From a virus: a DNA stretch of 64,000 nucleotides. Both the position numbers and the translations under genes were made by a program. The DNA is taken from IMG/VR virus record IMGVR_UViG_3300037245_000806, positions 64,001 through 128,000 of that record; one strand, 5' to 3'. This document shows, in pieces, positions 1-8,802 of this stretch. How positions within the stretch are numbered: the stretch's first letter is position 1; each line of letters starts with the position of its first letter. The notes beneath the pieces were generated by a model that did not search any database, was not told the origin of the DNA, and saw only the letters and a list, made by a program, of their open reading frames with translations.

Positions 1-135
1 GTCACGCTCTATGTACCCGCCGAGCGGATAAGGACAACCGGCGTAATTGGCCGGTGTGACCTCGAACACGTTGACGTCCAGCATCATCGGGACGCCAGCC
101 ACGTCGGGCAACAGTAGTTTCAGTCCACTCGGCAT
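1..135 (-). CDS. partial hypothetical protein (runs off window start)
   Basis: ATG at 135 preceded by AGGAG; open to the window edge (MPSGLKLLLPDVAG...). Confidence 0.45.
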   Translation of the reverse strand, partial: MPSGLKLLLPDVAGVPMMLDVNVFEVTPANYAGCPYPLGGYIERD

Positions 136-143
136 GACGGCTC

Positions 144-521
144 CTAGCTTTCGAGGTACGCGCGCGCGTCGGTGCGCGGCTTGTTACTCCTGCGCGGCTT
201 GCGAGTCTCGCGCCGCTTGTTCCGCTCCCGGCTCTTCTTCCGTTTCTCCCGGCAGGTCCGACAGTGCCTCGGGGGCACGAAATCATTCGTCGCGTAAAAC
301 GCCTGATCCTTCTTGGACCATATGAAGGTGTTGTCGCAGGACTCGCACGTCATCCGCTTGCCGTCACCCTTCTGACTCTCGAAGGTAGTCTTGCGCACCT
401 CGCGACAGGCCTTGCAACGCTTGGGCGTCTTGAACTTCTTCAGCGCGAAGAATGTCTGCTCGCTCTCGGTGTGTACGAATGCCTCCTGACAGTCCTCGCA
501 AAAAATGGTTTGGTCCGGCAC
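144..521 (-). CDS. tandem zinc-ribbon protein (two zf-trcl-like repeats)
   Basis: Two copies of CxxC-x3-F...Q.F(F/Y)....F..P..CxxCR; GTG start after AAGGA. Confidence 0.75.
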   Translation of the reverse strand: MPDQTIFCEDCQEAFVHTESEQTFFALKKFKTPKRCKACREVRKTTFESQKGDGKRMTCESCDNTFIWSKKDQAFYATNDFVPPRHCRTCREKRKKSRERNKRRETRKPRRSNKPRTDARAYLES

Positions 522-681
522 GGTCAATTGTCCTTTCCGGCGCATACCTCATGTATGAACCTTTGAAGAAATGGCACGCCGTCACGGTTCCATTTGCGCA
601 CCTTGCGCATCCACTTCCGCTGGCGACGGCCCGCGCGCATTCGCTCGATGCCGCTCTCTCGAAGCTGTTCTGTGAGTGACT

Positions 682-2430
682 TCATTCTGAATCCTTCGGG
701 GTCACGCCAAAGCGCTTGAGCGTAGCAAGGGCCTCCGGGCTCAGTGTGGCCTTGCTCGATATAGACATGGGTTGATGCGCTGGCGGTATGTGTACCCCCA
801 TGAACGCGTCCGCTTTGAAGCCCATCAATTGCCCGCTGATAATACTCGCAATCGCGGGAGCATGCACGTCCTTGTTCTTGTCCGGTTCTCCGAACACCTT
901 GATAAGCTCCTCGGTCGTCTTAATGACCTTCGTAGCTTTCAGCGGGAAGACGGTGTTGAAGTCGCTTTCCATCCCCGAGTCGAAATTACCATACGTCTGT
1001 TCCAGCGCCACCCGCAGCTTCGCAGCTATGCGAAACACCATGCGGGCCTTGAACTTTTCGTAGTCCTCCGGTGACGCTGTGTCAAGGTCGTCGAAGTCTG
1101 ACGCTATCTTTGCGTTGATCAAGATGTGCGCGGCGTAAAACGCTGACTTGCTCAGCGTGTCCATAAAGCCGAAGGCCGTATCCATGACGAACTCAGCACA
1201 CGCCACAGCCCACTTCTCACGCTCCATCGCCTCATTGAACACGTCGGGGGGCGTTGCATACGCGAACTCAGGCGACCACGGCACATTAACATAGCCCGGA
1301 GCCAAGTGCTTGAGCCCGACGACCTCGCCCGCCTTGTACCCCTTCGGCTCCACCCCAATCGCGCGCGCCTTCGCAGCGAGCATCGGGAATGACTTGTGTA
1401 CGGCAATCCACCAACTCGCGAGACGATCACGGTAGTCCTCGGCTATCTCCCCGTCGTACCGCTTCGGCACGAACTCAACGAAGTCCTTGAGCGATGTCTC
1501 ACCCAGCGCGTGTACCATCAAGTCATAGTGAACCTGCGCCACCTTACCGGCTGTGTGAACATAGGAGCCACAGCCTGTCAGCAGCGCATCCGGTACCGGC
1601 GTGTTCTTCACCTGATCTTCCAGCAACGACAGTGTTATATGGTCCGTGGTTGCGTCAGCAAGCATGAGGTACGCCTGCTCGGTCGGCGCAACCGTCAGCT
1701 TCGACGTCACCACACCAGCTGCTGCGTCAAGCATCTCCTCGGTGACAAAATCCGAAAGGTGCCCCACGAGCGCTCCCTTGGTGATGGACCCCCCAGACTC
1801 CGTAACAAAATCCGAGATTAGTTCCACGGGAATCTTCAGGGCGTTCGCCACTGCCTGTAGCTGCTTGGCGTTAAAGTGAAGGAAGTTATCCTGACCCTTC
1901 AGCGTGTTGCTGTAAATCTCCTGCGCACCTGCCTTGAGCTTCTCGTGAAAATACGCCTCATCCGCCTTGACGGCCTCGGAACTCGACAGCAGCTTCTTGT
2001 GCTTGCCCTTGGACCAGTGCTTCGCCACATGCTTCTTCCACGCCGCAATCGCCTGCGCCACGTCAGGGTCAAGCTCCGACACGTCGGTTTCCGTGACATG
2101 AACACCGGGCTTGAGGGATAGATTCTTCACCAACTCCGCATTGCACTCGACGTGATGGAAGTCGTCCGCAATCCCCACGCCCGGCGGTAAGTTGGTAGCA
2201 TCAAAGCCGCCACCGAATACACCGTCGAACTCGGGGAAGCCGGTCGGAATCGCTGTTTGGATAATCGCCTTCAGGTCAGCAAGTGAGGCAGGCTCCCCAA
2301 CGCATCCCTTGAGCGCCTGCCCCACCACTTTCTTGACCTTGGTGAGATTCGACTGTACGAACGCCTTGCCGCTGGCCTTCTTGAGCTTGGCCTTGAGACT
2401 CTTCGATGACTTCGGCTTCTTTGGCGGCAC
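682..2430 (-). CDS. hypothetical 582-aa mosaic protein with Lys-rich N-terminus
   Basis: Long ORF with phage-typical codon usage; short motifs resembling RecA, tail sheath, portal and terminase (see findings). Confidence 0.8.
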   Translation of the reverse strand: MPPKKPKSSKSLKAKLKKASGKAFVQSNLTKVKKVVGQALKGCVGEPASLADLKAIIQTAIPTGFPEFDGVFGGGFDATNLPPGVGIADDFHHVECNAELVKNLSLKPGVHVTETDVSELDPDVAQAIAAWKKHVAKHWSKGKHKKLLSSSEAVKADEAYFHEKLKAGAQEIYSNTLKGQDNFLHFNAKQLQAVANALKIPVELISDFVTESGGSITKGALVGHLSDFVTEEMLDAAAGVVTSKLTVAPTEQAYLMLADATTDHITLSLLEDQVKNTPVPDALLTGCGSYVHTAGKVAQVHYDLMVHALGETSLKDFVEFVPKRYDGEIAEDYRDRLASWWIAVHKSFPMLAAKARAIGVEPKGYKAGEVVGLKHLAPGYVNVPWSPEFAYATPPDVFNEAMEREKWAVACAEFVMDTAFGFMDTLSKSAFYAAHILINAKIASDFDDLDTASPEDYEKFKARMVFRIAAKLRVALEQTYGNFDSGMESDFNTVFPLKATKVIKTTEELIKVFGEPDKNKDVHAPAIASIISGQLMGFKADAFMGVHIPPAHQPMSISSKATLSPEALATLKRFGVTPKDSE

Positions 2431-2442
2431 GACGGTTCCCGT

Positions 2443-2871
2443 CTAGTTCTCGTCGGTGCCTTCAGGCTCGTTCTCGTCGTCGTCGTCGGTGCGGCTCTTG
2501 CAGACCTTGTGGCAACCGGAGCAAACGACTCTCTCGGCCCGCGCGAACTCGTCGGAGGACACGCCAAGGCCCGTCCCGCAGTTGCCGCAGACGAGCTTCG
2601 GGGCGATGCGAACCACCATCTCCGCTGGGTCTTTATAGTAGTCGCACTCGGTCGTCCGCGTCTTGCGGAACTTCGCGTTGCAGCGGCTGCACTTGAGCTT
2701 GATCGTCTTGGGCGTCCCTCTGGAACGCCGCCGGTATTCGAGGTCAACACCGCCACAGAGCGGGCACTTCGCCTTCTCGTCGTCGAAGTAATACTCCAAC
2801 CCCGGTCGCGTGAGAACCACGCCCTTCATGCCCTTCACCTCGGCACCGCTCGTCAACTTGTCCTCAGACAT
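2443..2871 (-). CDS. multi-zinc-ribbon protein
   Basis: Four CxxC pairs (CPLC, CSRC, CGNC, CSGC); AAGGAGG RBS before ATG 2871. Confidence 0.75.
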   Translation of the reverse strand: MSEDKLTSGAEVKGMKGVVLTRPGLEYYFDDEKAKCPLCGGVDLEYRRRSRGTPKTIKLKCSRCNAKFRKTRTTECDYYKDPAEMVVRIAPKLVCGNCGTGLGVSSDEFARAERVVCSGCHKVCKSRTDDDDENEPEGTDEN

Positions 2872-2924
2872 TCTGTGCGCCTCCTTCTCTGGGGGCCGCG
2901 TTGTCGGCCCGTGTTCACTGCCAT

Positions 2925-2970
2925 AAGGTACGTGCTCGCGGGCTTGTACGCAAGGACTTTTTTCGCATGG
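2925..2970 (-). promoter_or_regulatory. sigma70-like promoter TTGCGT-17-TACCTT with upstream CCATGCGAAAAAA box
   Basis: -35 at 2948-2953, -10 at 2925-2930, box at 2958-2970. Confidence 0.6.
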
Positions 2971-2989
2971 CACGCGACTTTCTTTGTAT

Positions 2990-3248
2990 GCGAATAGTGT
3001 GCAAGTAGTGTGCGAATAGTGTGTCTGCTTACAGACCCTTTACTTCCAAAGGGCGCGTTACTGCGCAGGTATCAGTTTGTAAGGTTGCGAATTCGTAAGG
3101 CCTCAGCCTGCTGTAGTGGTTCTATGAGCACATCGCCCAGATGGGTGTCACGCTGCCCTTAGAAGTAAAGGGGTGCGTGACAAAGGCAATACAAAGAGCA
3201 TACAAAGACCATACAGACCGTAACCAATGGACAGACCATAGCCAATGG
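2990..3248. repeat. AT-enriched intergenic region with short tandem repeats and an imperfect inverted repeat (candidate origin or terminus)
   Basis: 3x11 bp GC(G/A)A(A/G)TAGTGT (2990-3022), 3x11 bp ACAAAG...AT (3180-3212), 2x18 bp ACAGACC(G/A)TA(A/G)CCAATGG (3213-3248), inverted repeat 3035-3058/3150-3174. Confidence 0.7.
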
Positions 3249-4730
3249 TTACTCGTCGCTGGGTCCGGGCGAACCCTTTGGACCTTGTGGTCCCGTGGGG
3301 CCTTTCGGACCTTCGGGGAACTTGCCGCCGGTCGGAGGAGGTGCCCCACCACCGCCAGCTGGTGCGGGCTCGGGTTCAGGCTCGGGTTCAGGCTCAGGCG
3401 GCGGGGCCAACGCTGCTTCCTTCTTCCGCAGCCCTGTCGGGTCGGGGACTTGGGGAGCCAAGATGGTTCCGATGGGGCTCACCTTGATGCGCCTCAGCTT
3501 GAACTTCCGCTTCGTCTTGATGAGCGCGGCACCTTGGTCGAGACCGGAAGCGATCTGCATGTCGTAGTAGGCCTGCACATCCTTGAGTTCATACCCGATC
3601 TTCTCGGCCTGCTCCTCTGCCGTCTCAAGGTCGGACATCTCGTCCTCTTCGTCCTCGGGAGGCGGCGGGGGAGCTTTCTTCTTGGCCTTCTTCTTCTTCG
3701 CAACCTTCTTCACGGCGGGCTTCTTCTCAGGCTTTTCCTTCGGCTCATCCTCGGGCGGCTCGTCGTCTTCCTTCTCGACGAACATACCCTGAAGCGTCTC
3801 GACCACCTTGGGCTTCCCCTTCAGCGCGACGACCTCGCTCGGAACATTGCGCCGCACAGTCACGATGCCGTCGTAGCCGTCCTTGATAAGCGCGCGCGTG
3901 AGTGCCTTACCCTTCTTGCCGTACTTCTCCCAGAGCGCGTGCTTCCAGCTGGACTTGTCATACCCCATGCCGAATTCGAGCACGAGAGGGTTCTTGAACG
4001 TGGCGACCCCGTGCGCGAAGTCTTTCCCCGCACGCTTCCACGTCTTAATGCCCTGCTTCTCCGCGATGATCATGTAGTAACCGGCAGGCTCGATGTCCTG
4101 CTGGAAGCGCCCACCCATATTCGGGGCGCTCTCGTTGCTGTGCATGAACGGGAACGACACCTTCTTGCCGGTGCTGAACGATGCACCGTTGGTGTATGCG
4201 TTGGTCAGCCGAAGTCGCTCGTGAGGTTCTCGCGTGTCCAGCTTGGCCGGGGCAGCATCCGGTCGGGTCTCGTCTACGAACGCGGCACTGAGCGTATCCT
4301 CGTCGGTGCTGGGGGAGCTTCCCACGAACCACTTGATGAACTCCGCACGACTGATTTGACCGACAGGCTTATCGACCATGCCCTCTGCACGCTTGACCTT
4401 GGCCGTCATGCTCGCCTTGCCCCACCGACTGAAGGCAGCCATCATGAGCTTCGCGGCAGCCGCACGTGTCGCCGGGTTGTATCCCTTGCCGCCAGCGCCC
4501 GAGTGTGTCAGTTCCCAATAGAAGAGTTTCCATGCCTGCTTCGGGTCGTAGTTCTTCTTGATGTACTTGTGTCGCCAGAGTTGCCGGTACGAGAGTGCGA
4601 GGGCCGACTTGTTTGCGAGGCCCTGCTTGGCGAGTTGCTTCGCGAGTTTGCTGTCGGCGGGTTGCTCACCTGCTCCGGGCTCGCCTTCACTCACGCTTTT
4701 GTGCTCAACAAACAGGTCGGTAAGAGGCAT
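3249..4730 (-). CDS. putative virion protein with ADP-ribosyltransferase-like domain, Lys/Glu/Pro-rich linker and short collagen-like tail
   Basis: H...AGYY...KNPLVLE...LIKDGYDGIVTV...SEVVAL resembles the ART domain of polyvalent proteins; C-terminal PEPEPE and GPKGPTGPQGPKG. Confidence 0.6.
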   Translation of the reverse strand: MPLTDLFVEHKSVSEGEPGAGEQPADSKLAKQLAKQGLANKSALALSYRQLWRHKYIKKNYDPKQAWKLFYWELTHSGAGGKGYNPATRAAAAKLMMAAFSRWGKASMTAKVKRAEGMVDKPVGQISRAEFIKWFVGSSPSTDEDTLSAAFVDETRPDAAPAKLDTREPHERLRLTNAYTNGASFSTGKKVSFPFMHSNESAPNMGGRFQQDIEPAGYYMIIAEKQGIKTWKRAGKDFAHGVATFKNPLVLEFGMGYDKSSWKHALWEKYGKKGKALTRALIKDGYDGIVTVRRNVPSEVVALKGKPKVVETLQGMFVEKEDDEPPEDEPKEKPEKKPAVKKVAKKKKAKKKAPPPPPEDEEDEMSDLETAEEQAEKIGYELKDVQAYYDMQIASGLDQGAALIKTKRKFKLRRIKVSPIGTILAPQVPDPTGLRKKEAALAPPPEPEPEPEPEPAPAGGGGAPPPTGGKFPEGPKGPTGPQGPKGSPGPSDE

Positions 4731-4742
4731 GGCACACCCTTC

Positions 4743-5186
4743 TCATGGCAGGCTGACGTCACCTTTGTAGTCATTCGCCTCAGAATCGTCAAGCTCTTTC
4801 AGCAGGCAGTAACACCCGCCTTTGAGGATGCCTGAGGCAGTCCGATACTTGACGTCGTGGACGATGTTGTGAAACGTGAAGTCTAGAAGACCGCAATCGT
4901 CACAGTCAGGATCGGGTGTCGTAAGGGGGCAATTGGATATGTCATGGCAGGGCGGTAGTGCGTTCACATGAGCGGCACCCACGCCCTCCGTCCCAGCTGT
5001 GATAACCTCTAGCTTGGAAATTCCTTCTTCGTCCCATACGATGAACCTGTCGCCCTCTTGGAGGGCCTGTACACCGTTCGGGATTGCGGGGGTACCGTCA
5101 TCCACGGGTCTGTCCTCCGCATTAAAGGGGTGGGCGATACCGCGTATACGCACCTTGGTGGGGGGACTCCACGGAGACACGCCCAC
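4743..5186 (-). CDS. hypothetical protein (possibly virion-associated)
   Basis: ORF directly upstream of and co-oriented with 3249-4730. Confidence 0.55.
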   Translation of the reverse strand: MGVSPWSPPTKVRIRGIAHPFNAEDRPVDDGTPAIPNGVQALQEGDRFIVWDEEGISKLEVITAGTEGVGAAHVNALPPCHDISNCPLTTPDPDCDDCGLLDFTFHNIVHDVKYRTASGILKGGCYCLLKELDDSEANDYKGDVSLP

Positions 5187-5251
5187 CCCTCATGACGGTA
5201 ACACAATGCCACCGCCATATGCCTAGTAGTCTACAGCCATGATGCTCGATG

Positions 5252-5545
5252 TCAACCGAGGCGACCGAGGGTGCCCAGCGAAACGTTATCGTGGATGAAC
5301 ATGGCGATGTTCCCGACGTGCGCGGTACGCTTCGTAACCTCCGCGTCCACGCGCGCGAGGTCTTCCTCAGACTTGACGTGAGGGCGCTCCTCCAACGCAG
5401 TCCGCAGCAGGTGTGCCTGAGCTTCCAGCTGCGCGAGGTGGTCACGCAACGGAACGTCCTTGTACGGTACCGCCTTCTTCTCCTCCTCGTGTGAAACGAG
5501 TTCTGCTTCCATCCTGTCAGCGAATCGAGTTACTGCCGGTCGCAT
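5252..5545 (-). CDS. small helical protein, degenerate MazG-like NTP pyrophosphatase fold
   Basis: V.RFA..ME.EL...L..LE...L..AL...A(H)VGNIAMFIHD pattern; some acidic residues substituted; AAGGAGG RBS. Confidence 0.45.
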   Translation of the reverse strand: MRPAVTRFADRMEAELVSHEEEKKAVPYKDVPLRDHLAQLEAQAHLLRTALEERPHVKSEEDLARVDAEVTKRTAHVGNIAMFIHDNVSLGTLGRLG

Positions 5546-5562
5546 CACTTCCTCCTTCGTAG

Positions 5563-6225
5563 CTATCGGTGCTGCTTCAGATGTACGTCCACGCGGGCTG
5601 CCGAGAAGCAACCCTCCTCGCAGACAGCACAGTGACCGTGCGCGCCCTTCCACGTCTTCGCGCACCGTGCAAAGCCTTTCGTTCGACTGTCGGCAACGCC
5701 TGCCGGGGCGAGCACGAGTTGGTCGAGGTTGTTGTCCCCGGCGAAGAGCATCGACCAACCAGACTCACGTAGTACAAGCTCCTCACGCGGCGTGGTGGTC
5801 GGGTCAATCGAGGCCATGACCCGGCTATTGCACAGGCGCATGATCTGCATCTCGATCTCAAGCCGCAGCTTCCCGCGCCACGCTCGCGTTGGTATCCAGA
5901 AGAGCGTGTCAGGACAGCGTGACATAATGTCACGGACCTTCCCGACGTCCCGCACGCGCGTCCATATCTCGCCCCGCACTGCGAACCGGAAGCGCTTGAC
6001 GTCGAGGTCACGGATTATCTTGACGATCTCCGAAACTGAACGCCCCTGCCAGAAGGCCTCGTCAAGGACGTCGCGGTCAGGGAGCTTGGGGTTCACGCTG
6101 TAGAACTTCTTGTTGAAGCATCGATGCGAACACCAGCGGGTCGTCCAGAGGCACGTGTCCCGGCCCCGGCTGAATGAGAAGAGCCCCGTGGCTTTGACGA
6201 AGCGGATGGGGTCAGCGGGAGGCAT
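5563..6225 (-). CDS. Gp88-like protein (Cys-rich, radical-SAM-like)
   Basis: SFS...TC...T.WC...CF, RFR...GEI, FWIPTR, C-terminal C..C..GC; ATG overlaps upstream TGA. Confidence 0.65.
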   Translation of the reverse strand: MPPADPIRFVKATGLFSFSRGRDTCLWTTRWCSHRCFNKKFYSVNPKLPDRDVLDEAFWQGRSVSEIVKIIRDLDVKRFRFAVRGEIWTRVRDVGKVRDIMSRCPDTLFWIPTRAWRGKLRLEIEMQIMRLCNSRVMASIDPTTTPREELVLRESGWSMLFAGDNNLDQLVLAPAGVADSRTKGFARCAKTWKGAHGHCAVCEEGCFSAARVDVHLKQHR

Positions 6226-6401
6226 CAGTCCTCGCCTTCGATAATGACCTGCGTGACCTTGCACCACTCAGGCTTCTCGTCAGCCGGGAGCAGGTGATCC
6301 TCGATGCCCCTGTCGTAGTAACCGCAGCGCGGATCATCAAGGCGGTCAACGTACCCGAGCGGGCAGCGCATGCAATTCTCTACTTTGGTGCAGACGTCCA
6401 T
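6225..6401 (-). CDS. small Cys-containing hypothetical protein (58 aa, below ORF-track cutoff)
   Basis: GAGGA RBS, MDVCTKVENCMRCPLG...PEWC; stop overlaps next start. Confidence 0.55.
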   Translation of the reverse strand: MDVCTKVENCMRCPLGYVDRLDDPRCGYYDRGIEDHLLPADEKPEWCKVTQVIIEGED

Positions 6402-6410
6402 GGCGTCCTC

Positions 6411-6602
6411 TCAGTACGGGCTCTTACACGCCTTCTCATAGAGCCCGTCAATGTACTTCTGCTGCGGCAGGGTCAGGCGGAAGGTCGAGTCCTTTAGCTT
6501 CCGCTCCATGTCGCGCAGGAACTGAATGTTCTGCGCATTGAAGAGACCCTCCCCGATGATCTCAATACACTCTGCAACCTTCTTGGCATTCGAGTCTGGC
6601 AC
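6411..6602 (-). CDS. hypothetical protein
   Basis: AAGGAGG RBS; F....E.K.....LT..Q.KYI..LY pattern. Confidence 0.65.
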   Translation of the reverse strand: MPDSNAKKVAECIEIIGEGLFNAQNIQFLRDMERKLKDSTFRLTLPQQKYIDGLYEKACKSPY

Positions 6603-6622
6603 TGCTCACCTCCTTGACACCA

Positions 6623-7933
6623 TCAAACGTGGTGCCGAGTCTTCTTGAGTGGTCGCCGAAGCGACTCCATTGAGATACCTTCACGAAGCGCTGCCACAGC
6701 ACCCGCCGCTTCCATGTAGCTGTCCACCTGAATGCACGGCCCCACGAGGTCCGGGCGATTCTGCATCCAGTTGCGGTTCTTCACGAGAATCAACGGAATG
6801 CCCTGCGCGAAACACGCGAGTGTCGGCAGACCGAAGCACGTGTCAGGCATCACAACGCAGTCCACGTCGCTGGCATTGAGCACACCGGGGTCGTGGTATA
6901 TGTGATCGCCCATTGCAATCTGGGGAGCCTTGGCGAGCCCCTTCACAGTACAGTACGTGTAGTCGCCGACCGCTGCTTCAGAAGCCTTCCGAGGATCGAC
7001 GACCCCGTACAGCGCATCGGCTTCTTCCAACGTCGCCATGAGAGGTGCGTGGGCGACAGGCTTCCCGAGGAGCATCGTCATGGTGTGTGTCAACATCGCT
7101 TCGACACCACCCCACGGATTCACCATCTCAGCCGCCACCGTCATGTACGAATGCGCGCCGCCTTCAGGCATCGTAATCGGCGAGGAGATAGCAACCGTGT
7201 CGAAGTCGGACAGGAGTGGCTTGATGTGATCGCAGAGAACCCCAAGACCGTTGACCTCCCCGACCGCCGCACCGCTCTCCGTGTAGTCACTGCGCATCTT
7301 GAAGCCAATGTCCTTCGGGAGCACGAGAATCTCGGCCTCAATGCCGAGGACAGCGCGAGCGGCAGCAACCATGTTCCTACAGATATCAAGCACCCCGCCC
7401 TCCACGCCGCCGTCGAGGACGACCAGCACCTTGTTCGAGCGCACCGGAGTAAGCCCGCACGTCCCCATCAGGAAGCGCGTGAGAATGGAGCCCTCGACGT
7501 AAAGGGCATTCGACGGCATCTCATTGATCGCGGAGGAGTTCACGACGTTCGGATGCAGGATGAGGTTGTCGCAGATACTCCCGAGGAGGCGCGCGGCAGG
7601 CGTAGCGTCACCAGCGTGGCCCCCGACCTCAGCACCCACGCCGGTCGGTACGATCATCACCGCGTTGAAGCTGTTCGCCCTCGCGCCCATGCAGTGCTCG
7701 AACTCGAAGATGGAACTGAGGTGTCGGGGTGTCTCGCCATCATCCGGTGCCAGCGCACTGACGGAGTATTCGTAGCCGTCAACGTGCGGGTGGGAGCGGG
7801 TCACGAAGAAGCGGACAGGAGTACAGTCGCTCCCAACTGCCGCCTGCGCGCTCGCCGCCAACCGTTGCAGGATAGACGCTGAGGCCCTGCCCCACTTGCT
7901 GTCCATATAACTGCTGCACTCAAAGACCTTCAT
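6623..7933 (-). CDS. DUF3326-like protein
   Basis: IVPTGVGAEVGGHAGDA..AARL...LILHPNVVN, LYVEGS, NPWGGVEAML.H, AHAP, DPRKASEA motifs. Confidence 0.8.
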   Translation of the reverse strand: MKVFECSSYMDSKWGRASASILQRLAASAQAAVGSDCTPVRFFVTRSHPHVDGYEYSVSALAPDDGETPRHLSSIFEFEHCMGARANSFNAVMIVPTGVGAEVGGHAGDATPAARLLGSICDNLILHPNVVNSSAINEMPSNALYVEGSILTRFLMGTCGLTPVRSNKVLVVLDGGVEGGVLDICRNMVAAARAVLGIEAEILVLPKDIGFKMRSDYTESGAAVGEVNGLGVLCDHIKPLLSDFDTVAISSPITMPEGGAHSYMTVAAEMVNPWGGVEAMLTHTMTMLLGKPVAHAPLMATLEEADALYGVVDPRKASEAAVGDYTYCTVKGLAKAPQIAMGDHIYHDPGVLNASDVDCVVMPDTCFGLPTLACFAQGIPLILVKNRNWMQNRPDLVGPCIQVDSYMEAAGAVAALREGISMESLRRPLKKTRHHV

Positions 7934-7944
7934 CCTGCCCCCTG

Positions 7945-8551
7945 TCAGCTTAGCTTTCCGTGCTTACGTAGTTCCTCGCGGGCTTCCTCGAAGTCCACCT
8001 TGCGATGCGCCTTGCACACCCAGAAGCGCCAATCCCAGCCGAGCAACCCTGTGAGGAACCAGCTGAGCCAGTGCATCTTGGGGCTCTTCTTCTTGCAGCC
8101 GTGGAACCAGCACTTGATCTTCATCAGGCCTCCAACATCTTGTGCCACATGATCGCCGCGACGATGATGCCGAGCGGCAGGAATTCCCAACTCCCTCGGG
8201 AGAGCATGTACGCCGTCAGGCCGAGTTCAACGAACGCCAAGCAGCCATACCGAAGGCGCTGCCCCCATTGCTTCGTCATGGCTATATCTTCCCGAGGAGC
8301 CAGAGACCCACAACGATGAGCCCGATCACCGCGACACCCCCGGCGACGATGAGCTTCTCACCCAAGGGCATGGACTCGTCGCGGCACTCCGGGCATCGCG
8401 TGTAGTACGGACCGCGTCTGTGCTCATGGTATTCCTTCTTGCACACACGGCACTTCTGATACGGACTCCCATACGCTGCCATTGCGATAACCCTCTCAAG
8501 GCATACACTAGCGAGCCATTGATGGCGGGATTCCCCACCCCGCACCTGCAC
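7945..8551 (-). other. cluster of three small coupled ORFs (two with hydrophobic segments)
   Basis: 7945-8124, ~8124-8279 and 8282-~8482 with overlapping or adjacent stop/start codons. Confidence 0.5.
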
Positions 8552-8802
8552 CCATAGGGCGCGAACCGTTACTCCGGTAGTCTATATACCGCTGAATCGG
8601 CAGACGTCAGCGGACCGGCGGTGCATTTTCCTCTTCAACCACGGCGCTGCCGCGCGCGCATCAATGGCACGACTCCTGTCTTGTCGGCGTCCAGCACAAG
8701 CATGCTTACGTCGGTCCAAGCCCCGCCAAGCCAAAGTAGTGCGCGGCGATATATCGCGGGTTATACGCGGCGAATCGCAATGCTTAGACCAACTTTCTCG
8801 AA

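Noticed and set aside
2190-2270. recA/uvsX gene
   Set aside because: Only the IPTG...D...GGG snippet is present; no Walker A or B follows.
3141-4835. Long + strand ORFs (e.g. 564 aa here; also 27761-29026, 35484-36608, 31299-32354, 6893-7882)
   Set aside because: Antisense shadows of minus-strand genes, common in GC-rich DNA; no recognisable RBS or motifs.
8552-8802. Possible ncRNA or ORF in this gap
   Set aside because: Only a short palindrome (GCGATATATCGC) and weak promoter-like matches; not enough support.
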